Shown in pieces: positions 1-5,098 of a stretch of DNA of 5,098 nucleotides. The translations under genes and the position numbers were made by a program. The notes beneath the pieces were generated by a model that was given only the letters and a program-made list of their open reading frames with translations, searched no databases and was not told the DNA's origin. Origin of the DNA: a virus (Duplodnaviria; Heunggongvirae; Uroviricota; Caudoviricetes); IMG/VR virus record IMGVR_UViG_2778261512_000011, positions 1-5,098 of that record; one strand, written 5' to 3'. Positions within the stretch are counted from its first letter, which is position 1. Each line of letters begins with the position of its first letter.

Positions 1-127
1 CGCCTGAATAAGCCTCAAGCAGCATATTTGATAGTCTGGCGTAACCATCATCGAGATCTGCCACATTACGCTCCTGTCCGGCAAAGTTACCTCTGCCGAA
101 GTTGAGTATTTTTGCTGTATTTGTCAT
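1..127 (-). CDS. O: Replication initiation protein O, N-terminal 42 codons (runs off the left edge of the window)
   Basis: Seen in sequence: minus-strand ATG at 127-125 preceded by an AGGAG Shine-Dalgarno (plus 132-136); translation reads MTNTAKILNFGRGNFAGQERNVADLDDGYARLSNMLLEAYSG, which matches the N-terminus of lambda O as I recall it. Not in the ORF track because it has no stop in the window. Confidence 0.9.
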   Translation of the reverse strand, partial: MTNTAKILNFGRGNFAGQERNVADLDDGYARLSNMLLEAYSG

Positions 128-130
128 AAT
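102..130 (+). promoter_or_regulatory. pO-like promoter for oop antisense RNA (-35 TTGAGT 102-107, 17-nt spacer, -10 CATAAT 125-130)
   Basis: Seen in sequence: sigma70-like hexamers with 17-nt spacing, placed just upstream of the oop-like transcript. Established knowledge: in lambda pO lies inside the start of O and fires antisense to cII. Confidence 0.5.
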
Positions 131-137
131 GACTCCT

Positions 138-213
138 GTTGATAGTTCCAGTAATAACCTCAGAATTCCATCTGGATTTGTTCAGAACGCTCGGTTGCCG
201 CCGGGCGTTTTTT
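138..213 (+). ncRNA. oop: oop antisense RNA (about 77 nt), overlapping the 3' end of cII, with its intrinsic terminator (stem CGCTCGG 188-194 / CCGGGCG 201-207, then TTTTTT 208-213)
   Basis: Seen in sequence: plus strand 138-213 reads GTTGATAGTTCCAGTAATAACCTCAGAATTCCATCTGGATTTGTTCAGAACGCTCGGTTGCCGCCGGGCGTTTTTTATT, nearly identical to the lambda oop RNA as I recall it, ending in a GC hairpin plus U-tract. It is antisense to the cII stop region (cII stop at 160-162). Confidence 0.75.
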
Positions 214-453
214 ATTGGTGAGAATCGAAGCAACTTGTCGTGCCAATCGAGCCATGTCGTCGTCGACGACACCCCATTCAAGAACAGCAAGCAGCATTGA
301 GAACTTTGGAATCCAATCCCTCTTCCACCTGCTGATCTGCGACTTATCAACTCCCACAGCTTCCGCTGTCTTCTCAGTTCCAAGCATTGCGATTTTGTTA
401 AGCAACGCACTCTCGATTCGTAGAGCCTCGTTGCGTTTGTTTGCACGAACCAT
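160..453 (-). CDS. cII: Transcriptional activator CII (97 aa)
   Basis: Seen in sequence: the track ORF 160..513 (minus) contains MVRANKRNEALRIESALLNKIAMLGTEKTAEAVGVDKSQISRWKRDWIPKFSMLLAVLEWGVVDDDMARLARQVASILTNKKRPAATERSEQIQMEF from its 21st codon (minus ATG at 453-451). This is lambda CII with at most one substitution from my recollection. The 20-codon upstream extension in the track is not part of the gene. Confidence 0.95.
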   Translation of the reverse strand: MVRANKRNEALRIESALLNKIAMLGTEKTAEAVGVDKSQISRWKRDWIPKFSMLLAVLEWGVVDDDMARLARQVASILTNKKRPAATERSEQIQMEF

Positions 454-470
454 ATGTAAGTATTTCCTTA
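431..470 (+). promoter_or_regulatory. pRE-like promoter region with CII-binding direct repeat TTGC-N6-TTGC (431-434 and 441-444), directed toward cI
   Basis: Seen in sequence: TTGCGTTTGTTTGC at 431-444 on the plus strand, inside the first codons of cII on the other strand. Established knowledge: CII binds TTGCN6TTGC flanking the -35 of pRE, which is transcribed antisense through cro into cI. Confidence 0.7.
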
Positions 471-532
471 GATAACAATTGATTGAATGTATGCAAATAA
501 ATGCATACACCATAGGTGTGGTTTATTTTGAT

Positions 533-564
533 GCCCTTTTTCAGGGCTGGGATGTGTAAGAGCG
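533..564 (-). promoter_or_regulatory. nutR (boxB hairpin 533-547, boxA 551-564 as read on the minus strand)
   Basis: Seen in sequence: the minus strand reads CGCTCTTACACATCCCAGCCCTGAAAAAGGGC, i.e. boxA CGCTCTTA followed by the boxB stem-loop GCCCTGAAAAAGGGC, between cro and cII as in lambda. Confidence 0.8.
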
Positions 565-571
565 GGGTTAT

Positions 572-781
<210 letters not shown>

Positions 782-796
782 TTAGTACATGCAACT

Positions 797-825
797 ATTA
801 TCACCGCTAGAGGTAAAATAGTCAA
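797..825 (-). promoter_or_regulatory. pR promoter for cro (minus strand: -35 TTGACT = plus 820-825, -10 GATAAT = plus 797-802)
   Basis: Seen in sequence: the hexamers overlap OR2 and OR1 with a 17-nt spacer, and cro starts at 772 downstream on the minus strand. Confidence 0.8.
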
Positions 826-837
826 CACGCACGGTGT

Positions 838-862
<25 letters not shown>
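799..862. promoter_or_regulatory. Right operator OR: OR1 799-815, OR2 823-839, OR3 846-862 (17-bp CI/Cro sites)
   Basis: Seen in sequence: three 17-bp sites with the lambda half-site TATCACCGC / CGGTGATA. In lambda orientation they read OR3 TATCACCGCGAGGGATA, OR2 TAACACCGTGCGTGTTG, OR1 TACCTCTAGCGGTGATA. OR2 matches lambda exactly; OR1 and OR3 each differ by one base from the lambda sequences as I remember them. Confidence 0.85.
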
Positions 863-1586
<724 letters not shown>

Positions 1587-1758
1587 TTTCTCTGTTTGTT
1601 TTTTAAGCTATCAATCTCTGGCTTGTGGATAAGTTGGAAGGTATTCGCTGCTAATGTATTGACATTTACAAAATATAGGTATTTTGGGGTTGTCTAAAAT
1701 TACCTATAGGGTAAACTTCACTTAAGCTCCTACATGAGAGCTTCTGAGGAGAGATAAA

Positions 1759-2055
1759 ATGAAAACCTTACGTTGCATGGCCTACCAGCAGAACGGCGTT
1801 TACGTAGCTGCATGTTTAGACCTGTCATTGGCAGCGCAAGCAGATACTATGAAAGAAGCTGTAAACAAACTGGATGAGCAGATTAAAGATTTTTTCACTG
1901 AAGCGCTATCAGAGCCGGAATATGCAAAACAACTACTAAGTCGGAAAGCACCTTTATCTATGTGGCTTAAGTATTGGGTAATTGCATTTCAGGTTTTTGT
2001 CAGAAAACGAGGTGAAGCAAAACTCTTTGCTGAGCCTTGTGATGCTCATGCTTAG
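1759..2055 (+). CDS. HicB-like antitoxin candidate (98 aa; N-terminal HicB/UPF0150-type fold, no recognisable C-terminal DNA-binding domain)
   Basis: Seen in sequence: ORF with a GAGGAG Shine-Dalgarno at 1746-1751, eight nt before the ATG. Its N-terminal segment NGVYVAACLDLSLAAQADTMKEAVNKLDEQI follows the pattern of HicB N-domains (compare E. coli HicB GGYMVSFVDIPEALTQGETVAEAMEAAKDAL, from memory). It sits 11 nt upstream of a HicA-like ORF. Function is inferred from motif resemblance only. Confidence 0.6.
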   Translation: MKTLRCMAYQQNGVYVAACLDLSLAAQADTMKEAVNKLDEQIKDFFTEALSEPEYAKQLLSRKAPLSMWLKYWVIAFQVFVRKRGEAKLFAEPCDAHA

Positions 2056-2066
2056 GGTTACATTAC

Positions 2067-2351
2067 ATGTTCTTGAAAAAGCTTACTCCTTTGAAATACG
2101 ACGAGGTAATCAGGGGACTTAAGAAAATGGGGTTTGAAATGAAACCTAAAACAGGAACCTCTCACGAACAGTGGGTTCTCAAGAACAGTAAAGGAAAATG
2201 GGTGGTTACAGTTGATAAGCATCACGCCCCATTCTCCAGAGATTTAATAAAATCCATGGCTAAGCAAGCTGGACTGAAAGCTCGTCACTTTCATGCGTTA
2301 TGCAGAGGTGACGCAACGCTTGAGGATATAGGATTCCAAATCATTAGCTAA
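2067..2351 (+). CDS. HicA-like toxin candidate (94 aa; putative mRNA interferase with short N- and C-terminal extensions)
   Basis: Seen in sequence: residues 10-70 (KYDEVIRGLKKMGFEMKPKTGTSHEQWVLKNSKGKWVVTVDKHHAPFSRDLIKSMAKQAGL) align by eye to the HicA signature GW/GF ... G-S-H ... VTV ... H ... DL ... I ... KQAGL (compare E. coli HicA EFRRWLESQGVDVANGSNHLKLRFHGRRSVMPRHPCDEIKEPLRKAILKQLGL, from memory). The Shine-Dalgarno is weak, but the gene sits close behind the upstream ORF, consistent with coupled expression. Confidence 0.6.
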   Translation: MFLKKLTPLKYDEVIRGLKKMGFEMKPKTGTSHEQWVLKNSKGKWVVTVDKHHAPFSRDLIKSMAKQAGLKARHFHALCRGDATLEDIGFQIIS

Positions 2352-2379
2352 AACCCGGCCACCGCGCCGGGTTTTCTTT
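2351..2379 (+). terminator. Rho-independent terminator ending the cI-side transcription unit (stem 2353-2359 / 2366-2372, loop CACCGC, then TTTTCTTT)
   Basis: Seen in sequence: AAACCCGGCcaccgcGCCGGGTTTTCTTT directly after the HicA-like stop codon (2349-2351): a GC-rich 7-9 bp stem followed by a T-tract. Confidence 0.7.
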
Positions 2380-2530
2380 GCCTCACGTTCGCCCCAAAAC
2401 ACATAACCAATTGTATTTATTTGAAAATTAATAGATACAACTCACTAAACATCGCAATTCAGATCTCTCGATCACCTCCCAAGCCACACACCCCTGCAAA
2501 AAAATAAATCTATATAAAAAACATACAGAT

Positions 2531-2593
2531 AACCATCTGCGGTGATAAATTATCTCTGGCGGTGTTGACATAAATACCACTGGCGGTGATACT
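2531..2593 (+). promoter_or_regulatory. Left operator and pL promoter: OL3 2531-2547, OL2 2551-2567, OL1 2575-2591; pL -35 TTGACA 2565-2570, -10 GATACT 2588-2593
   Basis: Seen in sequence: three 17-bp sites that, read on the other strand, are TATCACCGCAGATGGTT, CAACACCGCCAGAGATA and TATCACCGCCAGTGGTA, identical to lambda OL3/OL2/OL1 as I recall them. The hexamers are near-consensus with a 17-nt spacer and point toward N. Confidence 0.85.
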
Positions 2594-2632
2594 AAGCACA
2601 TCAGCAGGACGCACTGACCACCATGAAGGTGA

Positions 2633-2663
2633 GGCTCTTAAAAATTAAGCCCTGAAGAAGGGC
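2633..2663 (+). promoter_or_regulatory. nutL (boxA 2633-2648, boxB hairpin GCCCTGAAGAAGGGC 2649-2663)
   Basis: Seen in sequence: GGCTCTTAAAAATTAAGCCCTGAAGAAGGGC in the pL leader. The boxB stem-loop matches lambda nutL; boxA begins GGCTCTTA rather than the CGCTCTTA I recall for lambda. Confidence 0.8.
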
Positions 2664-2773
2664 AGCATTCAAAGCAGAAAGCTTTGAGTAGCGCGAAATG
2701 CAGCTGCAAGACAGCAACCGTGGAGATAAGCATCACGGCGCGTTACTCAAAGCTAACTGACAGGAGAATCCAG

Positions 2774-3097
2774 ATGGATGCACAAACACGCCGCCGCGAA
2801 CGTCGCGCAGAGAAACAGGCTCAATGGAAAGCAGCAAATCCCCTGTTGGTTGGGGTAAGCGCTAAACCAGTTAACCGCCCTATTCTCTCGCTGAATCGCA
2901 AACCGAAATCACGAGTAGAAAGCGCACTGAATCCGATAGACCTTACGGTGCTGGCTGAATACCACGAACAGATTGAAAGCAACCTGCAACGTATTGAGCG
3001 CAAGAATCATCGAGTTTGGTATAGCAAGCCAGGTGAGTTCGGTATAACTTGTCAAGGAAGACAAAAGGTTAAAGGGGAATCCATTCCATTGGCATGA
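2774..3097 (+). CDS. N: Antitermination protein N (107 aa)
   Basis: Seen in sequence: ATG at 2774 preceded by AGGAGAA; MDAQTRRRERRAEKQAQWKAANPLLVGVSAKPVNRPILSLNRKPKSRVESALNPIDLTVLAEYH... is the lambda N arginine-rich motif and N-terminal region. The track ORF from 2684 is an in-frame upstream extension through the leader and is not the gene. The last 45 or so residues differ at several positions from lambda N as I recall it. Confidence 0.93.
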   Translation: MDAQTRRRERRAEKQAQWKAANPLLVGVSAKPVNRPILSLNRKPKSRVESALNPIDLTVLAEYHEQIESNLQRIERKNHRVWYSKPGEFGITCQGRQKVKGESIPLA

Positions 3098-3105
3098 GGT
3101 ACGTA

Positions 3106-3975
3106 ATGAAGAAGATTGATTACAAGTCCATACCAAAACCAATAGACTCAGCATCAGAGCGAAAAAAACACAAAAAAGAGGCTGAAAAATTAGCAAATTA
3201 TATCAGTTTTATTAGAAACAATGCTCACGGCGATGGCGACAAGAAGTTGCTTTCAGATGCTCGGACCCAAGCGTTCGGTATACTTCGTAAGCAGATGCAA
3301 TATCGTCTTCATCCTGGCTACATAATTGAAATTCGCCCTACTGAAAGACAATTGTTCTTATTAAACTCTGTCTTTGACTTTGTAAACGTAGTTGGAGATC
3401 TTATCGACAGGTCTGTAGATAAGGATCCTGATACAAATAGTTTTCTTCTAACAAATAAAGAATACTTATATGGTAAATTCGGTATAAACGGATGGCAAAA
3501 ATATGTACGCTTCTTACGTGCATTCGTTGATGCGTATAAAAATTCCGACATGATTTATACATATTTGCCTGGTGGTGATAATTGTACGCTTTCGGCAGAC
3601 AATAGAATATTCATACCTGTACTTGGTCTTGGGCTGATTAATGCAGTAAATGAAAAAGATGTTATAATTGTTAAGCAGTGGCGAAAATATGAGGGATATA
3701 GATATCTGCCATGCTTTGATATATTAAAAATACAGAATAAATTCTATGTAAAAATTAAATATAAAGAAGATATTTTCTTCCTCAGAAAAAACATAGATCT
3801 TTTACAAGAACTTTCTGGTACAATAGATGTCATCTTAGGTTCTAGGTTTATAAAAGAACTGAAAGAAAGCAGGTCTTTCTCTCGTGTAGAGATAAGCGAG
3901 TCAGAGTTATGGGGTATATCAAATAATCCTGTAAACCACGCTCACCAACGAAACCCAAACAAAAAGTGGTCATAA
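3106..3975 (+). CDS. Hypothetical protein, AT-rich moron in the sieB/ral position (289 aa from ATG 3106; 293 aa if the ATG at 3094 overlapping the N stop is used); function unknown, candidate superinfection-exclusion / abortive-infection or anti-defence protein
   Basis: Seen in sequence: a long uninterrupted plus-strand ORF directly after N. ATG 3106 has a GAGGT Shine-Dalgarno 5 nt upstream; the alternative ATG 3094 overlaps the N stop as ATGA. The stretch is visibly much more AT-rich than the flanking lambda-like DNA (many AAA/AAT/ATA/TTT codons). No Walker, nuclease, HTH or transmembrane motif recognised. The functional call is inference from position only. Confidence 0.75.
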   Translation: MKKIDYKSIPKPIDSASERKKHKKEAEKLANYISFIRNNAHGDGDKKLLSDARTQAFGILRKQMQYRLHPGYIIEIRPTERQLFLLNSVFDFVNVVGDLIDRSVDKDPDTNSFLLTNKEYLYGKFGINGWQKYVRFLRAFVDAYKNSDMIYTYLPGGDNCTLSADNRIFIPVLGLGLINAVNEKDVIIVKQWRKYEGYRYLPCFDILKIQNKFYVKIKYKEDIFFLRKNIDLLQELSGTIDVILGSRFIKELKESRSFSRVEISESELWGISNNPVNHAHQRNPNKKWS

Positions 3976-4025
3976 CCCGCTCAGGCGGATTTCATTTTCA
4001 CGCAAACAACAGAATAAACACAGCG

Positions 4026-4057
4026 CTGTGTATTCATTCCAACGAGTGAATACACGG
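4026..4057 (+). other. Stable hairpin in the intergenic region (stem GTGTATTCA 4028-4036 / TGAATACAC 4047-4055, 10-nt loop; extendable by about 2 bp), possible RNA processing or attenuator structure
   Basis: Seen in sequence: a perfect 9-bp inverted repeat with 10-nt spacer, extendable with a G-U pair; no T-tract follows. Function unknown. Confidence 0.35.
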
Positions 4058-4117
4058 AGCAATGTCGCTCGTAACTAAACAGGAGCCGACTTGTTCTGAT
4101 TATTGGAAATCTTCTTT

Positions 4118-4143
4118 GCCCTCCAAGATGAGGGCGATTTTTT
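4118..4143 (+). terminator. Candidate intrinsic terminator upstream of ea10 (stem GCCCTC 4118-4123 / GAGGGC 4130-4135, loop CAAGAT, then GATTTTTTAT)
   Basis: Seen in sequence: a 6-bp GC-rich stem followed by a T-run, on the pL-transcribed strand between the orphan ORF and ea10. Likely read through by N-modified RNA polymerase. Confidence 0.5.
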
Positions 4144-4163
4144 ATCTGTGAGGATATGAACAG

Positions 4164-4532
4164 ATGTCAAACATCAAAAAATACATCATTGATTACGACT
4201 GGAAAGCATCAATAGAAATTGAAATCGACCATGACGTAATGACAGAGGAAAAACTTCACCAGATTAATAATTTCTGGTCAGACTCTGAATACCGACTCAA
4301 TAAACACGGCTCTGTATTAAATGCTGTATTAATCATGCTGGCGCAACATGCTCTGCTTATAGCAATTTCAAGCGACTTAAATGCATATGGTGTTGTGTGT
4401 GAGTTCGACTGGAATGATGGAAATGGTCAGGAAGGATGGCCTCCAATGGATGGTAGTGAAGGAATAAGAATTACCGATATCGATACATCAGGAATATTTG
4501 ATTCAGATGATATGACTATCAAGGCCGCCTGA
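4164..4532 (+). CDS. ea10: Ea10-like early protein (122 aa)
   Basis: Seen in sequence: a 122-aa ORF with a GAGGA Shine-Dalgarno about 9 nt upstream, immediately upstream of cIII. This is the same size and position as lambda ea10 (established knowledge of the lambda pL operon order ...ea10-cIII-kil-gam). I cannot recall the Ea10 sequence residue by residue, so the identity is positional. Confidence 0.7.
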   Translation: MSNIKKYIIDYDWKASIEIEIDHDVMTEEKLHQINNFWSDSEYRLNKHGSVLNAVLIMLAQHALLIAISSDLNAYGVVCEFDWNDGNGQEGWPPMDGSEGIRITDIDTSGIFDSDDMTIKAA

Positions 4533-4604
4533 GCGCGGCGTTACCGCATACCAATTACGCTTCACTCGAGGCGTTTTTCGTTATGTATAAATAAGGAGCA
4601 CACC

Positions 4605-4769
4605 ATGCAATATGCCATTGCAGGGTGGCCTGTTGCTGGCTGCCCTTCCGAATCTTTACTTGAACGAATCACCCGTAAATTACGTGACGGATGGAAACGC
4701 CTTATCGACATACTTAATCAGCCAGGAGTCCCAAAAAATGGATCAAACAATTATGGCTATCCAGACTAA
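4605..4769 (+). CDS. cIII: CIII, inhibitor of FtsH-mediated CII degradation (54 aa)
   Basis: Seen in sequence: ATG 4605 preceded by AAGGAG (4593-4598); translation [54 protein letters not shown] matches lambda CIII. Not in the ORF track, presumably because it is below the length cutoff. Confidence 0.9.
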   Translation: MQYAIAGWPVAGCPSESLLERITRKLRDGWKRLIDILNQPGVPKNGSNNYGYPD

Positions 4770-4881
4770 ATTCACTATCGCCACTTTTATTGGCGATGAA
4801 AAGATGTTTCGTGAGGCCGTCGACGCTTATAAAAAATGGATATTAATACTGAAACTGAGATCAAGCAAAAGCATTCACTAA
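4738..4881 (+). CDS. kil: Kil, host cell-division inhibitor (47 aa)
   Basis: Seen in sequence: the internal ATG at 4738 of track ORF 4612..4881 gives [47 protein letters not shown], matching lambda Kil. It overlaps the cIII 3' end by 32 nt, as in lambda. The first 42 codons of the track ORF are a spurious extension in the cIII-overlapping frame. Confidence 0.85.
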   Translation: MDQTIMAIQTKFTIATFIGDEKMFREAVDAYKKWILILKLRSSKSIH

Positions 4882-5098
4882 CCCCCTTTCCTGTTTTCCT
4901 AATCAGCCCGGCATTTCGCGGGCGATATTTTCACAGCTATTTCAGGAGTTCGGCCATGAACGCTTATTACATTCAGGATCGTCTTGAGGCTCAGAGCTGG
5001 GCGCGTCACTACCAGCAGATAGCCCGTGAAGAGAAAGAGGCAGAACTGGCAGACGACATGGAAAAAGGCCTGCCCCAGCACCTGTTTGAATCGCTATG
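4836..5098 (+). CDS. gam: Gam, RecBCD inhibitor, N-terminal 87 codons (runs off the right edge; the GamS internal start would be ATG 4956)
   Basis: Seen in sequence: from ATG 4836 the translation is [87 protein letters not shown], which is lambda Gam. It overlaps kil by 46 nt, as in lambda. Absent from the ORF track because there is no stop in the window. Confidence 0.9.
   Translation, partial: MDINTETEIKQKHSLTPFPVFLISPAFRGRYFHSYFRSSAMNAYYIQDRLEAQSWARHYQQIAREEKEAELADDMEKGLPQHLFESL

Noticed and set aside
87-446. Minus-strand 119-aa ORF in the track overlapping cII
   Set aside because: It lies in an alternative frame across the known cII gene and the O start region. cII (160-453) and O fully account for the coding here; it has no Shine-Dalgarno and no recognisable protein.
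215-475. Plus-strand 86-aa ORF antisense to cII
   Set aside because: Antisense to a confidently identified gene. This strand carries the oop RNA and pRE transcript, which are non-coding; low-complexity translation.
1587-2530. Expectation of rexA/rexB between cI and OL
   Set aside because: Neither ORF in this interval resembles RexA (about 279 aa) or RexB (about 144 aa, multi-pass membrane protein) in size or sequence; the interval holds the HicB/HicA-like pair instead.
2684-2773. Upstream in-frame extension of N (137-aa ORF in the track)
   Set aside because: The extension runs through the pL leader just downstream of nutL. The true N start is ATG 2774, which has its own Shine-Dalgarno and begins MDAQTRRRERR.
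2821-3196. Minus-strand ORFs (60 aa and 95 aa) antisense to N and to the start of the orphan ORF
   Set aside because: Antisense to confidently assigned coding sequence; no promoter or Shine-Dalgarno context.
3318-3551. Minus-strand 77-aa ORF inside the AT-rich ORF
   Set aside because: AT-rich DNA readily yields antisense ORFs by chance; the long plus-strand ORF is much better supported.
4062-4151. 29-codon ORF (MSLVTKQEPTCSDYWKSSLPSKMRAIFYL) in the spacer before ea10
   Set aside because: Very short, its GGAG is only 2 nt from the ATG, and it runs through the terminator-like hairpin. More likely non-coding structured RNA.
4612-4737. N-terminal 42 codons of the 89-aa track ORF 4612..4881
   Set aside because: This portion is in an alternative frame over cIII. 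The real gene in this frame is kil, starting at ATG 4738.
4899-5081. Minus-strand 60-aa ORF antisense to gam
   Set aside because: Antisense to the clearly identified gam coding sequence.

Overview
This window is the immunity / early-regulatory region of a lambda-like (imm-lambda type) temperate phage or prophage, shown in the opposite orientation to the conventional lambda map. Left to right: 5' end of replication gene O (minus), antisense oop RNA (plus), cII (minus), nutR, cro (minus), the OR1-OR2-OR3 operator with divergent pR/pRM, cI repressor (plus, leaderless), then OL/pL, nutL, N, ea10, cIII, kil and the 5' part of gam (all plus). Several of these (O, cIII, kil, gam, oop) are absent from the supplied ORF track because they are short, nested in another frame or run off the window. 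Two cassettes are not lambda-like. (1) Where lambda carries rexA-rexB, between cI and OL/pL, there is a two-gene cassette (1759-2351) whose products look like a HicB-type antitoxin N-domain and a HicA-type toxin, ending in an intrinsic terminator. (2) Where lambda carries sieB/ral, immediately after N, there is one strongly AT-rich ORF of 289-293 aa (3094/3106-3975) with no motif I can recognise. Both slots are known hot spots for lysogen-expressed exclusion or anti-restriction genes, so these are the candidates for a previously undescribed defence or counter-defence function. All comparisons to lambda are from memory of the lambda sequence; no database search or computation was run.
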